From positions 4,259,244 through 4,323,243 of the forward strand of contig CBDCGC010000003.1 in the NCBI GenBank assembly GCA_965216585.1: a stretch of 64,000 nucleotides of DNA, in the 5' to 3' direction. The position numbers and the translations under genes are program-made. The notes below the pieces were generated by a model. That model saw nothing but the letters and a program-made list of their open reading frames with translations, did no database searches and was not told the origin of the DNA. Source of the stretch: an uncultured Candidatus Binatia bacterium. GTDB lineage: Bacteria; Desulfobacterota; Binatia; HRBIN30; CADEER01. Positions 36,962-46,861 of this stretch are shown one piece after another (the first letter of the stretch is position 1; the number at the start of each line of letters is the position of its first letter).

Positions 36962-39619
36962 TCAGCTCACGGCGGGGTCGGGTTGCTCGGGATCGACGTC
37001 GAGCTCGGCAATCGCCCGGCTGACCAGGGAGAGCGGAACCTCGTTGCGCCGAGCCAGCAGGTTCAGCGCCGCGACGGTGATCGCCGCCGCGTCGACCTCG
37101 AAGAAGCGCCGCAGCGCCTCGCGTGTGTCGCTGCGACCGAAACCGTCAGTGCCGAGCGAGACCATGTCGCCGGGGACGAAGCGGGCGATCTGATCGGGCA
37201 CGATCTTCATGTAGTCCGAAGCGGCGACGATCGGTGCCGTATCGCCGGCGAGGGTTTGCGACAGGAAAGAGCGCCGCGGCGGCTCTTCCGGGTGCAGAAG
37301 GTTCCAGCGCTCGACGGCGAGCGCATCGCGACGCAATTCCGAATAGGAGGTGACGCTCCAGACGTCGGCGGCGACGCCGTAGCGCGCCAGGGTCTCTCGG
37401 GCAGCCAGCGCTTCGCGCAGGATGGCACCGCTGGCGAAGAGGTGGACGCGCTTTGCCCGGCTGCCGGCGTCGCCCCGGCGCAGCCGGTAGATGCCGCGGC
37501 GAATCCCTTCTTCGACACCCTCGGGCATCGCCGGCATGGTGTACATCTCGTTTTCGACGGTCAGGTAGTAGAAACAGCTCTCCTGGTCGCTGTACATGCG
37601 GCGCAGTCCGTCCTCGACGATGATGGCGATCTCGTAGGAGTAGGCCGGGTCGTAGGCGCGCAGCGTCGGCACCGTCGACGCGAGCACGTGGCTGTGACCG
37701 TCCTGGTGTTGCAGCCCCTCGCCGGCCAGGGTCGTCCGCCCGGCGGTGGCGCCGACGAGAAATCCGCGCCCGCGTGCGTCGGCGTTTTGCCAGATCAGAT
37801 CGCCGATGCGTTGAAAGCCGAACATCGAATAGAAGAAGTAGAAGGGAATCGTGCTGATGCCGTGCGACGCGTAGGCGGTTCCCGCCGCGAGAAACGACGA
37901 CATGGCGCCGGCCTCGGTGATTCCCTCCTCGAGGAGTTGGCCGTCAACCGCCTCGCGGTAGAAGAGGACGACGTCGGAGTCGGCCGGGTCGTAGTTCTGG
38001 CCGACGCGCGAGTAGATGCCGAACTTGCGAAAGAGCGCGTCCATGCCGAAGGTGCGCGCCTCGTCGGGGACGATTGGCACGACCAGCGGGCCGAGCGTCG
38101 GATCGCTCATGATCTTCTGCAGCAAGCGCACCATGACCATCGTCGTCGCCGCCTCGCGTTCGCCGGTGCTTTCGAGAAAGTCGGCAAACCAATCGAGCGG
38201 TAGCGTCGCCATCGCCGAGGCGCGCCGGCGCCGCACCGGTAGCGAGCCACCGAGGGCGGCGCGCCGCTCGAGCATGTACTCGACCTCTTCGCTGTCGACG
38301 GCCGGCCGGTAGAAGGGAGTTTCGAGGAGCTCGGAGTCGGCGATGGGAATGCCGAAGCGGTCGCGAAACTCGCGCAACTCCTCTTCGCTCAGCTTTTTTT
38401 GCTGGTGCGTGACGTTGCGCCCTTCGCCTGCCTCCCCGAGGCCGTAGCCCTTGATCGTCTTGGCCAGGATCACCGTCGGTGCATCGCAGTTGTCGACCGC
38501 TGCTTTGTAGGCGGCGTGCACCTTGCGCGTGTCGTGACCGCCGCGGCGCATTTTGGCGATCTTGACGTCGGTGAGGTCGCGCGCCAGCTCGAGAGTTTCC
38601 GGATAGGCACCGAAGAAGTCCTGGCGGATGAAGTCGCCGTGCGACACGCTGTATTTTTGATACTGTCCGTCGGGAACCTCGCCCATGCGTTTGACCAGAA
38701 GCCCGCTGTCGTCGGCGGCGAGCAGCGGATCCCAATCGTCGCCCCAGATGACTTTGATGACGTTCCATCCGGCGCCGCGAAAAATCGCTTCGAGCTCCTG
38801 GATGATCTTGCCGTTGCCGCGTACCGGACCGTCCAGTCTCTGCAGGTTGCAGTTGATCACCCAGACCAGATTGTCGAGATGCTCGCGCGAAGCGAGGGTG
38901 ATGGCGCCCAGCGTTTCCGGCTCGTCGGTTTCGCCGTCGCCGATGAAGGCCCAGACGCGAGACTGGTCGGTGTCGCGCAGGCCGCGGTCGCGCAGGTAGC
39001 GGTTGAAGCGCGCCTGGTAGATCGATGCGATCGGTCCCAGGCCCATCGAGACGGTGGGAAACTCCCAGAACTCGGGCATCAGCCAGGGGTGCGGGTAGGA
39101 GGAGAGACCGCCGCCGCCGACTTCGCGGCGAAAGCGGTGCAAGCACGCCGCGTCGATGCGGCGCTCGAGATAGGCGCGCGCATAGATGCCGGGCGACGCG
39201 TGTCCCTGAAAGAAGACGTGGTCGCCGGCGCGCGTGTCGTCACCGGCGCGGAAGAAGTGGTGGAACCCCACCTCGTAGAGAGTCGCGCAGGAGGCGTAGG
39301 TCGATATATGTCCGCCGAGGCCGGGGTAGAGCCGGTTGGTGCGCACGACCATCGCCATGGCGTTCCACCGGATGATGGCGCGGATGCGCCGCTCGATGCT
39401 GAGGTCACCCGGGTAGGGCGGTTGGCGTTCGACCGGAATGGTGTTGACGTAGGGGGTGTTGGCGGAGAACGGCTGTACCACCCCGGAGGCGATGCCGCGC
39501 TGGGTGAGCCGTTCGATGAGAAATTGTGCGCGCTCGGGTCCGTCGTTTTCGATCACCGAGTCGAAGGACTCGAGCCATGCGCTGGTGTCGCCCGGATCGG
39601 AGTCGCGAAAGCCGCCCAT
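36962..39619 (-). CDS. aceE: Pyruvate dehydrogenase E1 component (homodimeric AceE type)
   Basis: 885 aa. The ThDP region 'GDGETDEPE' and full-length colinear AceE motifs. No E2/E3 genes are adjacent. Confidence 0.9.
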   Translation of the reverse strand: MGGFRDSDPGDTSAWLESFDSVIENDGPERAQFLIERLTQRGIASGVVQPFSANTPYVNTIPVERQPPYPGDLSIERRIRAIIRWNAMAMVVRTNRLYPGLGGHISTYASCATLYEVGFHHFFRAGDDTRAGDHVFFQGHASPGIYARAYLERRIDAACLHRFRREVGGGGLSSYPHPWLMPEFWEFPTVSMGLGPIASIYQARFNRYLRDRGLRDTDQSRVWAFIGDGETDEPETLGAITLASREHLDNLVWVINCNLQRLDGPVRGNGKIIQELEAIFRGAGWNVIKVIWGDDWDPLLAADDSGLLVKRMGEVPDGQYQKYSVSHGDFIRQDFFGAYPETLELARDLTDVKIAKMRRGGHDTRKVHAAYKAAVDNCDAPTVILAKTIKGYGLGEAGEGRNVTHQQKKLSEEELREFRDRFGIPIADSELLETPFYRPAVDSEEVEYMLERRAALGGSLPVRRRRASAMATLPLDWFADFLESTGEREAATTMVMVRLLQKIMSDPTLGPLVVPIVPDEARTFGMDALFRKFGIYSRVGQNYDPADSDVVLFYREAVDGQLLEEGITEAGAMSSFLAAGTAYASHGISTIPFYFFYSMFGFQRIGDLIWQNADARGRGFLVGATAGRTTLAGEGLQHQDGHSHVLASTVPTLRAYDPAYSYEIAIIVEDGLRRMYSDQESCFYYLTVENEMYTMPAMPEGVEEGIRRGIYRLRRGDAGSRAKRVHLFASGAILREALAARETLARYGVAADVWSVTSYSELRRDALAVERWNLLHPEEPPRRSFLSQTLAGDTAPIVAASDYMKIVPDQIARFVPGDMVSLGTDGFGRSDTREALRRFFEVDAAAITVAALNLLARRNEVPLSLVSRAIAELDVDPEQPDPAVS

Positions 39620-39715
39620 GCGCGCAACTCTACCGCGAATTGCGAGTCAGTGCATGGTGCAAAAAGGAGGGCCGGAGCGACTGCTCCGGCCCTCGCTTTC
39701 CGCCGACCCCTCGGC

Positions 39716-40075
39716 TCAGGCGGCGGTGATCTTGATCTGTTTCGGCTTGGGCTTCGCCGCTTTGGGAATCTCGACCTCGAGCACGCCGTTGGTCATCTTG
39801 GCGGTGATCTTGTCGACGTCGAAGAGCGCGGAGTCGGTGAGCGTAAAGCGCCGGCTGTAGTGGCGGGATCCTCGCTTTTCGCTGTTCTCGACGGAACCCT
39901 CGAGCGAGAGGATGTTCTCGTTGAGCTCGACGTTGGCGCCGTTGGTGCCCACGCCGGGCATGTCGGCAATCAGCCAGATGGCTTTGTCGTTTTCAGTGAT
40001 CTCGACGCGTGGCGCGACGGCGTGAACGGGCTTGGCAGTTCCTCCGGCGTTTTCTCTGGCGACGGCTGTCGTCAT
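39716..40075 (-). CDS. Hsp20/alpha-crystallin small heat-shock protein
   Basis: An alpha-crystallin domain, with 'NGVLEVEIPK' near the C-terminus. AAGGAGGA RBS before ATG 40075. Confidence 0.85.
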   Translation of the reverse strand: MTTAVARENAGGTAKPVHAVAPRVEITENDKAIWLIADMPGVGTNGANVELNENILSLEGSVENSEKRGSRHYSRRFTLTDSALFDVDKITAKMTNGVLEVEIPKAAKPKPKQIKITAA

Positions 40076-40107
40076 GGCTTCTTCCTCCTTGTGGTTCGAT
40101 GGCTGTG

Positions 40108-40548
40108 TCATTTTGATTCGATGGCGATGGTGCGCGGTTTGGCGGCTTCCGATTTCGGCACGGACAAGGTGAGGATGCCGTTTTCGTGCTGGGCCTCGAT
40201 GTTGTCGAGGTCGTAGCTGTCGGGAACCTGCACTGATCGCGAGATCCGTCCGTAGGCCAGCTCGCTGCGCACGACGTCGGCTGCCGAAGTGCGCCTTGGC
40301 TTGCGCTCGCCGGTCACGGTGAGGACGCGTCCGTCGACGGTGACTTCGAGATCGTCCGGCGCGACTCCCGGAATATCGGTCGACAGGGTGAGACCGGATT
40401 CGTCCTCTTCCACGGCGAATGCCATTCCGTGAGCGGATTGCAGGCGTCGTCTTTCGGATGGCGCGAATTCGTCGAAGAGGCGGTCGAAATCCCGTCGCAG
40501 GTCCGAGAAACGTTCGAACGGGCTGATTTCAGTCCATGGGTGCAACAT
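40108..40548 (-). CDS. Hsp20/alpha-crystallin small heat-shock protein (second, tandem)
   Basis: 'ENGILTLSVPK' in an alpha-crystallin domain. GGAGGAA RBS. Confidence 0.85.
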   Translation of the reverse strand: MLHPWTEISPFERFSDLRRDFDRLFDEFAPSERRRLQSAHGMAFAVEEDESGLTLSTDIPGVAPDDLEVTVDGRVLTVTGERKPRRTSAADVVRSELAYGRISRSVQVPDSYDLDNIEAQHENGILTLSVPKSEAAKPRTIAIESK

Positions 40549-40703
40549 GATTCGATTCCTCCTTGCTGCTCATTTTTGCGGCCCTCTTGCCGCGGCGAGA
40601 AAGCTAAGCACCATCGAGTGGCCGTCAACCCACTTTTTTCGGCCGTCGACCGAGCGGATTCCTGGCTATCGACGTTCCCCGGTCGCGCGGTGTAGGTGGG
40701 GGA

Positions 40704-42983
40704 ATGCCTCTCGGTCTCGCCTTTTTTCTGGTTGCTAGCGGCCAGTATCTGCTCTCGCAGCGCGACCCTGGTCGGCCGATGAGCTGGACGATCGTCGCGC
40801 TGTTCGCCAGTGGCGCGGCGCTGGCGCTGATCGAGGGATGGCGCACGGCGGGTACTGCTAAGGCGACCATTGCAGCGAGTGCAGAGGGCTGGGTGTGGCT
40901 GCGCGTGGCGATCGGCGTCGCTCTGTTGGCGGCGCTGTTGCGCTTCGTCGACCTGGGAAGCATGCCTCCCGGTGTGTGGATCGACGAGGCGCTCAACGCG
41001 CTGTCGGCCATCGAGGTCGCGCGGCAAGGGGTGCCGTGGATCACGACCACTGCTTCGCCGGATCCCCGGCCCGGCCTCGGCGGCGCCTACATCAACGTTT
41101 CGGCGCTTCTCCATCCGCTGGCGGATGTGGTGGGACCGGTCGTTTGGATTCGCTCGACCGCCGCCATCTTCGGAGTGCTCGCGGTGGCCGGGGTCGGTCT
41201 GCTCGGCATGGCGATGTTCAGTGCCCGGGTCGGCGTCGCGGCGATGGCCTGGCTCGCCGTGTCGCACTACCACGTCGGTCTGTCGCGATGGGGATGCATG
41301 CCCATCATGTCGTCCGTCTTTGAGACGTTTTCGCTCCTCTGCTTCTGGCGAGCGCTGCAGGCGACCGGGCGCCGCGCGGTTTTCTACGCTGGCATGGCGG
41401 GCGCGGCGCTGGCGGTTGGCTTCTACTCGTATCAAACCATGCGGATCGTCGGCGTCGTGCTCGGCGCTGCGGGGTTCCTGGCTCTGCTGCTCCAGCGACG
41501 GGTGCTGCCGGCGGTGGTCGGCGCCGCGATCATGTGCGCGCTGGTGGCGCCGTTGGTCTGGCAGGTCGCGGACGACCCGGGCAGCTTTGCGTCCAGAGCC
41601 GGGGACACGGTGGTGTTCAACCACCCCGACTGGCCGCAGCAACTCGCACAGGCGGCGAAGCGCTCTCTGCTGGCGTTCAACTTCATCGGTGACGACAATC
41701 CCAGACACAACCTGCCGATGGCGCCGTTGCTGACCTTCTTCCCCTCGGTGCTCTTCATCCTCGGCCTTGCTATTTGCACCGGCAGGCTCGCCGCTCTCCC
41801 CTATGGTCTGATCGTCCTGTGGTTCGCCGCTGCTCTGATTCCCGGCTCGATCAGCTACGAAGCTCCGCACGGTTCCCGCCTCCTCGATACGACGCCGCCG
41901 ATCGCTCTCGCCATTGGCATCGCCGTCGATCAGATGCTGCGCCGCAGCACCGGTGGTGCTCACCGCGCCCTTGGGCTGGTCGCCACGGGCGGACTGTCGG
42001 CGATCGCCCTGGTGGCGGCCTTGCAGGAGCTCGAAGGGTATTTTGTCGAGCGGCCGGCAAGTGCGGCGATCCACGATGCCTTCCTGCCCGCCGAGTCGGT
42101 CGCCGGTCGCCGGCTGGCGCAGATCGGGGAGGAGAACTACGTCCTCGTCGACCCCCATCTCGCCGGTTCTCCGACGGCAAAGTTTCTGCGCCAGAGTATG
42201 GGCGGGCAGCGGGCGGTGGAAACCGTGCGCGCGATTCAGGTCATGCACGACTTTCCGCCTGCCGACGCACCGCGGAGGCCGACCCGTTTGCTTCTGTCCG
42301 GGGGCTATCGCGAGCTCGGCGATCAGTTGATCGAGGTCTTTTCCGGTACCAAGTGCAGTGAGTGGTTCGACGGCCTCGGCCGCCCGCAGGTCGTCGAATG
42401 CGTCGTGCCCGCGGGCGCCTTCGGCGCTGCGTCGTTTGCCGGCTGGTCGAACGGTTTGCGGGGGGAGTACTTTCGCGAGGGCGCCAGCGGCGGGTTGGAA
42501 AAGTTCTACGAGAACGCAATCCCGATGGTCGGTGTGAACTATCCGACCGACTTCCCGCCGACCGGCCGTTATGCCGCGGCCGTTTGGTCGGGTTGTCTGC
42601 GAGTGCCGGTTGCCGGCGACTACTATTTCGCCTGCGGTCCGGATGCGACGGCGGTCGTGGTTGGCGGTGAGGTCGTTCTAGCGAAGAACTACCGGCCGGC
42701 GGGAGGCGGGGAGCACGGCCGGCGGGCATCGTTGGAGGCCGGAGTGCACCCGATCGACGTGGTCCACGACGCGCGCGATGGGCACCCGCACTACTTTCTG
42801 GAATTGCGCTGGGCGCAGCCGGGCGATCACGACGGTGCGCGATGGATTGCCCCGCGCTTCCTCGTGCCGCCGGCGAATCGAGAATGCGCCGAGGTCAGGG
42901 CCGAATCGGCCGCGGCGATCGACCTCCTCGGCTGGGTTCGTGTTGCGGGTGCGCCACTGCCCGGGACCGAGCTACAGCGGTAG
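40704..42983 (+). CDS. GT39/ArnT-like polytopic glycosyltransferase with a C-terminal PA14 domain
   Basis: The N-terminal ~480 aa is multi-TM (GT-C-like). The C-terminal 'GLRGEYFREG...YYFACGPDATAVVVGGEVV' matches the PA14 pattern. Confidence 0.6.
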   Translation: MPLGLAFFLVASGQYLLSQRDPGRPMSWTIVALFASGAALALIEGWRTAGTAKATIAASAEGWVWLRVAIGVALLAALLRFVDLGSMPPGVWIDEALNALSAIEVARQGVPWITTTASPDPRPGLGGAYINVSALLHPLADVVGPVVWIRSTAAIFGVLAVAGVGLLGMAMFSARVGVAAMAWLAVSHYHVGLSRWGCMPIMSSVFETFSLLCFWRALQATGRRAVFYAGMAGAALAVGFYSYQTMRIVGVVLGAAGFLALLLQRRVLPAVVGAAIMCALVAPLVWQVADDPGSFASRAGDTVVFNHPDWPQQLAQAAKRSLLAFNFIGDDNPRHNLPMAPLLTFFPSVLFILGLAICTGRLAALPYGLIVLWFAAALIPGSISYEAPHGSRLLDTTPPIALAIGIAVDQMLRRSTGGAHRALGLVATGGLSAIALVAALQELEGYFVERPASAAIHDAFLPAESVAGRRLAQIGEENYVLVDPHLAGSPTAKFLRQSMGGQRAVETVRAIQVMHDFPPADAPRRPTRLLLSGGYRELGDQLIEVFSGTKCSEWFDGLGRPQVVECVVPAGAFGAASFAGWSNGLRGEYFREGASGGLEKFYENAIPMVGVNYPTDFPPTGRYAAAVWSGCLRVPVAGDYYFACGPDATAVVVGGEVVLAKNYRPAGGGEHGRRASLEAGVHPIDVVHDARDGHPHYFLELRWAQPGDHDGARWIAPRFLVPPANRECAEVRAESAAAIDLLGWVRVAGAPLPGTELQR

Positions 42984-44258
42984 GTACTCGTCGCATTCGG
43001 CGGCGATGATGTCCTCGACCGTTTCGCGGCGGGAGATGAGGTAGAAGCGGTCTTCGTCGAGCCAGACCTGCGGTGCCCGGCCGAGGGAGTTGTAGTAGGA
43101 GCTCATCTGCACGCCGTAGGCACCGGTGTCATGCATGACGAGGAGCTTGCCGCGGCTGAGCCGCGGCAGCTCGCGTGGCTCGAGAAACTCGGCGGCGTCG
43201 CGCGTGAAGACGTCGCCCGACTCGCACAGAGGACCGGCGACGACCACCGCTTCGGTCTCGCCGCCGCCGTCGCCGTGCACGCTGATATGGTGGTAGGCGC
43301 CGTACATGGCGGGGCGGATGAGATCGTTGAAACCGGCGTCGACCATGGCGAAGGTATGGCCGGGGCCTTTTTCGTTGGTCGCCGTCGCCTTGATGTCGTG
43401 GACGCGAGTGACGAGGACCGCCGCCGGCGCCATGATGAACCGGCCCGGCTCGATCTCGAGACGAATGTCGCGTCCGGCGCGGGCACTCAGGGTCTGCTGA
43501 GCGGCGCCGAGGATCTCGCCGAGTGGTCGCAGGTCGAGCTCGCTGGCGCCGGGCTGGTAGTCGTGCGGAATGCCGCCGCCGAGGTTGACCGCTTCGAGGT
43601 CCGGGTAGTCGTCGACGATGGTTGAGAAGAGCTCGACCAAGCGGGACACGTTGGTCTGGAACTCGGCGATTGCGGGGCCACTGCCGATGTGGGTGTGGAG
43701 GAGCACGACCGGCAACTCGGCCGTTTCGGCGGCGTGGCGGATGGTCTCGGCGCTGCCGTGCCAGATTCCGTGCTTCGAGCTCGGCCCGCCGGTGTCGCAT
43801 TCGCGCACGTGTCCGTGGCCGAAGCCGGGATTGATGCGGACGCCGATGGGTCCGCGGTAGCCGATATCGACGAGGTCTTCGATCATCGCCGGCGATCCGA
43901 TGTTGGGCAGGACTTTCGACCGCCGGACGACGTCGAGTCCGTTGTCGCGAAAGACGTCGGCCGTGTAGAGGATCGCCGGTGTCGCATCGTCAACAAGAAA
44001 GCCGACGCGCTGGGCGCGCTCGATCTCGTTGCCCGACACGGCGTCGATCCACAGTCCGGCGTCGCGTATTTCTTCCAAGACGCGGCGCGTCGAGCACGCC
44101 TTCATGGCGTAGCGCGCCTGGATCGGGCCGCCCGGCGCGATCGCTTTCAGCGCTGCGATGCGGCGGCGCATGACGGCGGCGCTGTAGAGGTAGAAGGGAG
44201 TGCCGATGCGGTGGGCGATGGCTTCGAGGTCGACGTTTTCGGTGAACGCTTCTGGCAT
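42972..44258 (-). CDS. lysA: Diaminopimelate decarboxylase
   Basis: The PLP site 'YAMKAC', 'HIGSG' and 'GGG' motifs; 428 aa. AAGGAG RBS. The track ORF is over-extended to 45512. Confidence 0.9.
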   Translation of the reverse strand: MPEAFTENVDLEAIAHRIGTPFYLYSAAVMRRRIAALKAIAPGGPIQARYAMKACSTRRVLEEIRDAGLWIDAVSGNEIERAQRVGFLVDDATPAILYTADVFRDNGLDVVRRSKVLPNIGSPAMIEDLVDIGYRGPIGVRINPGFGHGHVRECDTGGPSSKHGIWHGSAETIRHAAETAELPVVLLHTHIGSGPAIAEFQTNVSRLVELFSTIVDDYPDLEAVNLGGGIPHDYQPGASELDLRPLGEILGAAQQTLSARAGRDIRLEIEPGRFIMAPAAVLVTRVHDIKATATNEKGPGHTFAMVDAGFNDLIRPAMYGAYHHISVHGDGGGETEAVVVAGPLCESGDVFTRDAAEFLEPRELPRLSRGKLLVMHDTGAYGVQMSSYYNSLGRAPQVWLDEDRFYLISRRETVEDIIAAECDEYLPL

Positions 44259-44354
44259 TTCTGCTCCTTGGCCCCTCCTTGCGGGCTTCTCGGCGCTGGG
44301 TAACAGTCGCAACGGCGCAGCACAAGGCGTTTTGCGGTGGGCAATTCCCCGATC

Positions 44355-45329
44355 ATGAAAATCTCGCGCATCGGCCTCATCGGCCTCGGCAAGCACGGCC
44401 AGCGTTATGCCGGGCATATCGTCGAGGACTTCCCCGAGCTCGAGCTGCATGCGATCTGCCGCGCCGACGTCGATCGTCTGAAAGCTGATGAAGAGCGCTG
44501 GTCGGCGCGCGGCTTTCGCGACTACGGTGAGCTCATTGCCGCGGCCGGCTGCGACGCGATCATCGCCGCCGTGCCGCCGGATCTTAATCTCGATATCGCG
44601 CGCCGGGTGATGAAGGCGGGGTTGCCGTTGTTGTTGGAAAAGCCGGCGGCGGCAAACCTGGACGACGCGCGCGCAATGTGGCGCCTGGCGCGCGACGCTT
44701 CCGCTCCCTTGATGATCGGACAAACCCTTCGCTACAACGGTGTCGTGCGGGCGCTGCGCCAGCGCCGGGCGGAAATCGGCCGCATCACGTCGCTGAGCCT
44801 GACCCAGCGTTTCGAGGTCAGCGACCTCACCTGGCTCGACGATCCGCAGCGCGCCGGTGCCGGCATCGCCTTGCACACCGGTGTGCACTCCTTTGACCTC
44901 GTGCGCTACCTGAGCGGTCTCGAAGTGCGGCGCGTGATGGCCCTGGCCGCCAGCGTCGCGACGGTGCGCACGGAAGACTGCTGTGCCGCCGTGCTCGATC
45001 TCGGCGACGGTGTGCTGGCGACCGTGAGCTTGGCGCGGACGTCCGGTGGGCGTACGGGACACGTCGAGGTCGCCGGCGAAAAGGGCGTCCTCGCCGGTGA
45101 CCACGTCGCCAACCGCGCCCACGTGGTTCGCGGCCGCGAGGTTGCGCCGATCGATGTCGGCGGCGATATCCCCACCGTGAGGGCGGCGATCGACGGCTTC
45201 GTCCGCGGTGTGGCGAACGGGCAGGTTCCGATTCCCCTCGACGAGGGTGTGCGCGCCGTCGCCATCGCCGACGCATGTCTGCGCTCGGCGCGCAGCGGCC
45301 GAGCCGAAGCGGTCGAGCCGATCGCTTGA
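44355..45329 (+). CDS. Gfo/Idh/MocA-family NAD(P)-dependent oxidoreductase
   Basis: 'ISRIGLIGLGKHGQ' Rossmann motif and 'LLLEKPAAAN'. Confidence 0.8.
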   Translation: MKISRIGLIGLGKHGQRYAGHIVEDFPELELHAICRADVDRLKADEERWSARGFRDYGELIAAAGCDAIIAAVPPDLNLDIARRVMKAGLPLLLEKPAAANLDDARAMWRLARDASAPLMIGQTLRYNGVVRALRQRRAEIGRITSLSLTQRFEVSDLTWLDDPQRAGAGIALHTGVHSFDLVRYLSGLEVRRVMALAASVATVRTEDCCAAVLDLGDGVLATVSLARTSGGRTGHVEVAGEKGVLAGDHVANRAHVVRGREVAPIDVGGDIPTVRAAIDGFVRGVANGQVPIPLDEGVRAVAIADACLRSARSGRAEAVEPIA

Positions 45330-45360
45330 AAAGGGAGCGCCGCTGGTTCGTGATGTCGCC

Positions 45361-46188
45361 ATGGCCGGAACCCTGTATGTGGTAGCGACGCCGATCGGCA
45401 ATCTGGAAGACGTTACGCAACGCGCCCTGCGAGTGCTGCGCGAGGTCGATCTGATCGCCGCCGAAGACACGCGGCACTCGCGCAAGTTGCTCGAGCACTT
45501 CGGCATTGCCAACTCCCTCGAGTCCTACCACGATCACAGCGAGCGCGATAAAGCGCCGCGATTGATCGAACGACTGCGCGCTGGCGACGACGTGGCACTG
45601 ATTTGTGATGCCGGGACGCCGGGCATCGCCGACCCCGGCTACCGGCTGGTGAGCGGTGCCATCGTCGCCGGCATCGGCGTCGTTCCCATCCCCGGCGTGT
45701 CGGCGTTGACCGCTTGTCTGAGCGTCGCCGGCCTGCCGACTGATCGCTTCGTTTTCGAAGGATTCGTGCCGGCCAAGGCGGGCGCGCGGCGCAAGTTCTA
45801 CGCCGCGCTCGACGGCGAGCGCCGCACCGTCGTCGTCTATGAAGCCGGGCGCCGTCTCGTCGAATCGCTACACGACCTCGCTGCCGTTCTCGGCGAACGC
45901 CGCGTCGTCGTCGGTCGCGAGGTGACCAAGATGTATGAGAGCTTCGTGCGCGGAGGCGCGTCGGAGGTTGCCGCCGAGCTCGAGGGGGCGGCGGTGCGTG
46001 GCGAGGTCACGGTGGTCATCGAGGGGAGGCGCGAAGCGCCGCGAACCAATGCCGAAGAAGTCGGCAGGCTGGTTGCCGAGATGCGCGAGCAGGGTCTGGG
46101 CATGAAGGAAATCGCCAAGCGCCTGGCACCGCAGACCGGTTGGAGCGCCCGCGAGATCTACGATCTGGGCATCGGCAAAGGCCCTTAG
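45361..46188 (+). CDS. rsmI: 16S rRNA (cytidine1402-2'-O)-methyltransferase
   Basis: 'LYVVATPIGNLEDVTQRAL...LIAAEDTRHS' is the tetrapyrrole-methylase-fold RsmI signature. Confidence 0.85.
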   Translation: MAGTLYVVATPIGNLEDVTQRALRVLREVDLIAAEDTRHSRKLLEHFGIANSLESYHDHSERDKAPRLIERLRAGDDVALICDAGTPGIADPGYRLVSGAIVAGIGVVPIPGVSALTACLSVAGLPTDRFVFEGFVPAKAGARRKFYAALDGERRTVVVYEAGRRLVESLHDLAAVLGERRVVVGREVTKMYESFVRGGASEVAAELEGAAVRGEVTVVIEGRREAPRTNAEEVGRLVAEMREQGLGMKEIAKRLAPQTGWSAREIYDLGIGKGP

Positions 46189-46255
46189 ACCTGCCGTTTC
46201 GCGGCCGAAACAAAGAGTTGGACAGGAGTCGGCGGGGTCTGCTAGCACGATTGCC

Positions 46256-46609
46256 ATGAGTCAGGCCAATCCCATCCGGGTTCGCCCCGGCGAGCGCTCG
46301 GGCGAGTTCGTCGTAACCTTACCGCCCGGTTGGGAGCTGCGCATGCGGAGGGTACTGCGCGACCTGTTGCCCGAGCCGCTGCCCGATCCGCGCGAGCGGG
46401 GGATCTCCGAGCGCGTGCGCCAGGGCCGCTTGCGGCGCCGCCAGGAGAGGATGCGCAAAGTGATGTGCCAGTATCTCGCCGACCTGCTCGCTGCCGACGT
46501 CGTCGGCAAGGAGGTCGCCCTGTCGACCCGCTCGCGCTACGGCCGGCGCACCGGCTCGCTGCGCGAGCACGTCGCGGCCATTCTGCGCGACGCCGCCAGC
46601 GGCGAGTGA
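46256..46609 (+). CDS. Hypothetical Arg-rich protein (117 aa)
   Basis: An ORF with core-like codon bias. No RBS and no recognisable motifs. Confidence 0.35.
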   Translation: MSQANPIRVRPGERSGEFVVTLPPGWELRMRRVLRDLLPEPLPDPRERGISERVRQGRLRRRQERMRKVMCQYLADLLAADVVGKEVALSTRSRYGRRTGSLREHVAAILRDAASGE

Positions 46610-46723
46610 GTCGGTACCCGCGGCGGCAGCGCGGCAGGCCGGACGTCCCAAAGCCGGCGAGACCGGCATCGCGGGCGCTCGACGCTCACCTCGCGACGGT
46701 GAGGTGACTCAATATTCATGCGC

Positions 46724-46745
46724 CCGTAACACTCCCGTAATAATC
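46724..46745 (+). promoter_or_regulatory. Putative Pho box (PhoB-binding site): direct repeats CCGTAAC-ACTC-CCGTAAt, ~117 nt upstream of the phosphate porin gene
   Basis: A 7 bp direct repeat with a 4 bp spacer (11 bp periodicity). Nearly the same 30-mer recurs upstream of pstS at 53070-53100. Confidence 0.55.
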
Positions 46746-46861
46746 GGCGGGTAGTGTCGCGGTGGTTTAGGAGATGGGGGTCTCCACAATGCGGCAGAGT
46801 TGTATCCGCGTCGCGCGATCGTGCGTCGGACGGCCGCTTTGGCGCCCCTCGATAGCGGAGA

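Noticed and set aside
40549-40700. Possible CIRCE/HrcA or sigma-32 heat-shock promoter upstream of the hsp20 pair
   Set aside because: A TTGACG...TTAGCT pair and a partial 'GCTAAGCAC...GAGTGG' are present. Neither matches CIRCE (TTAGCACTC-N9-GAGTGCTAA) nor the sigma-32 consensus well enough to call.
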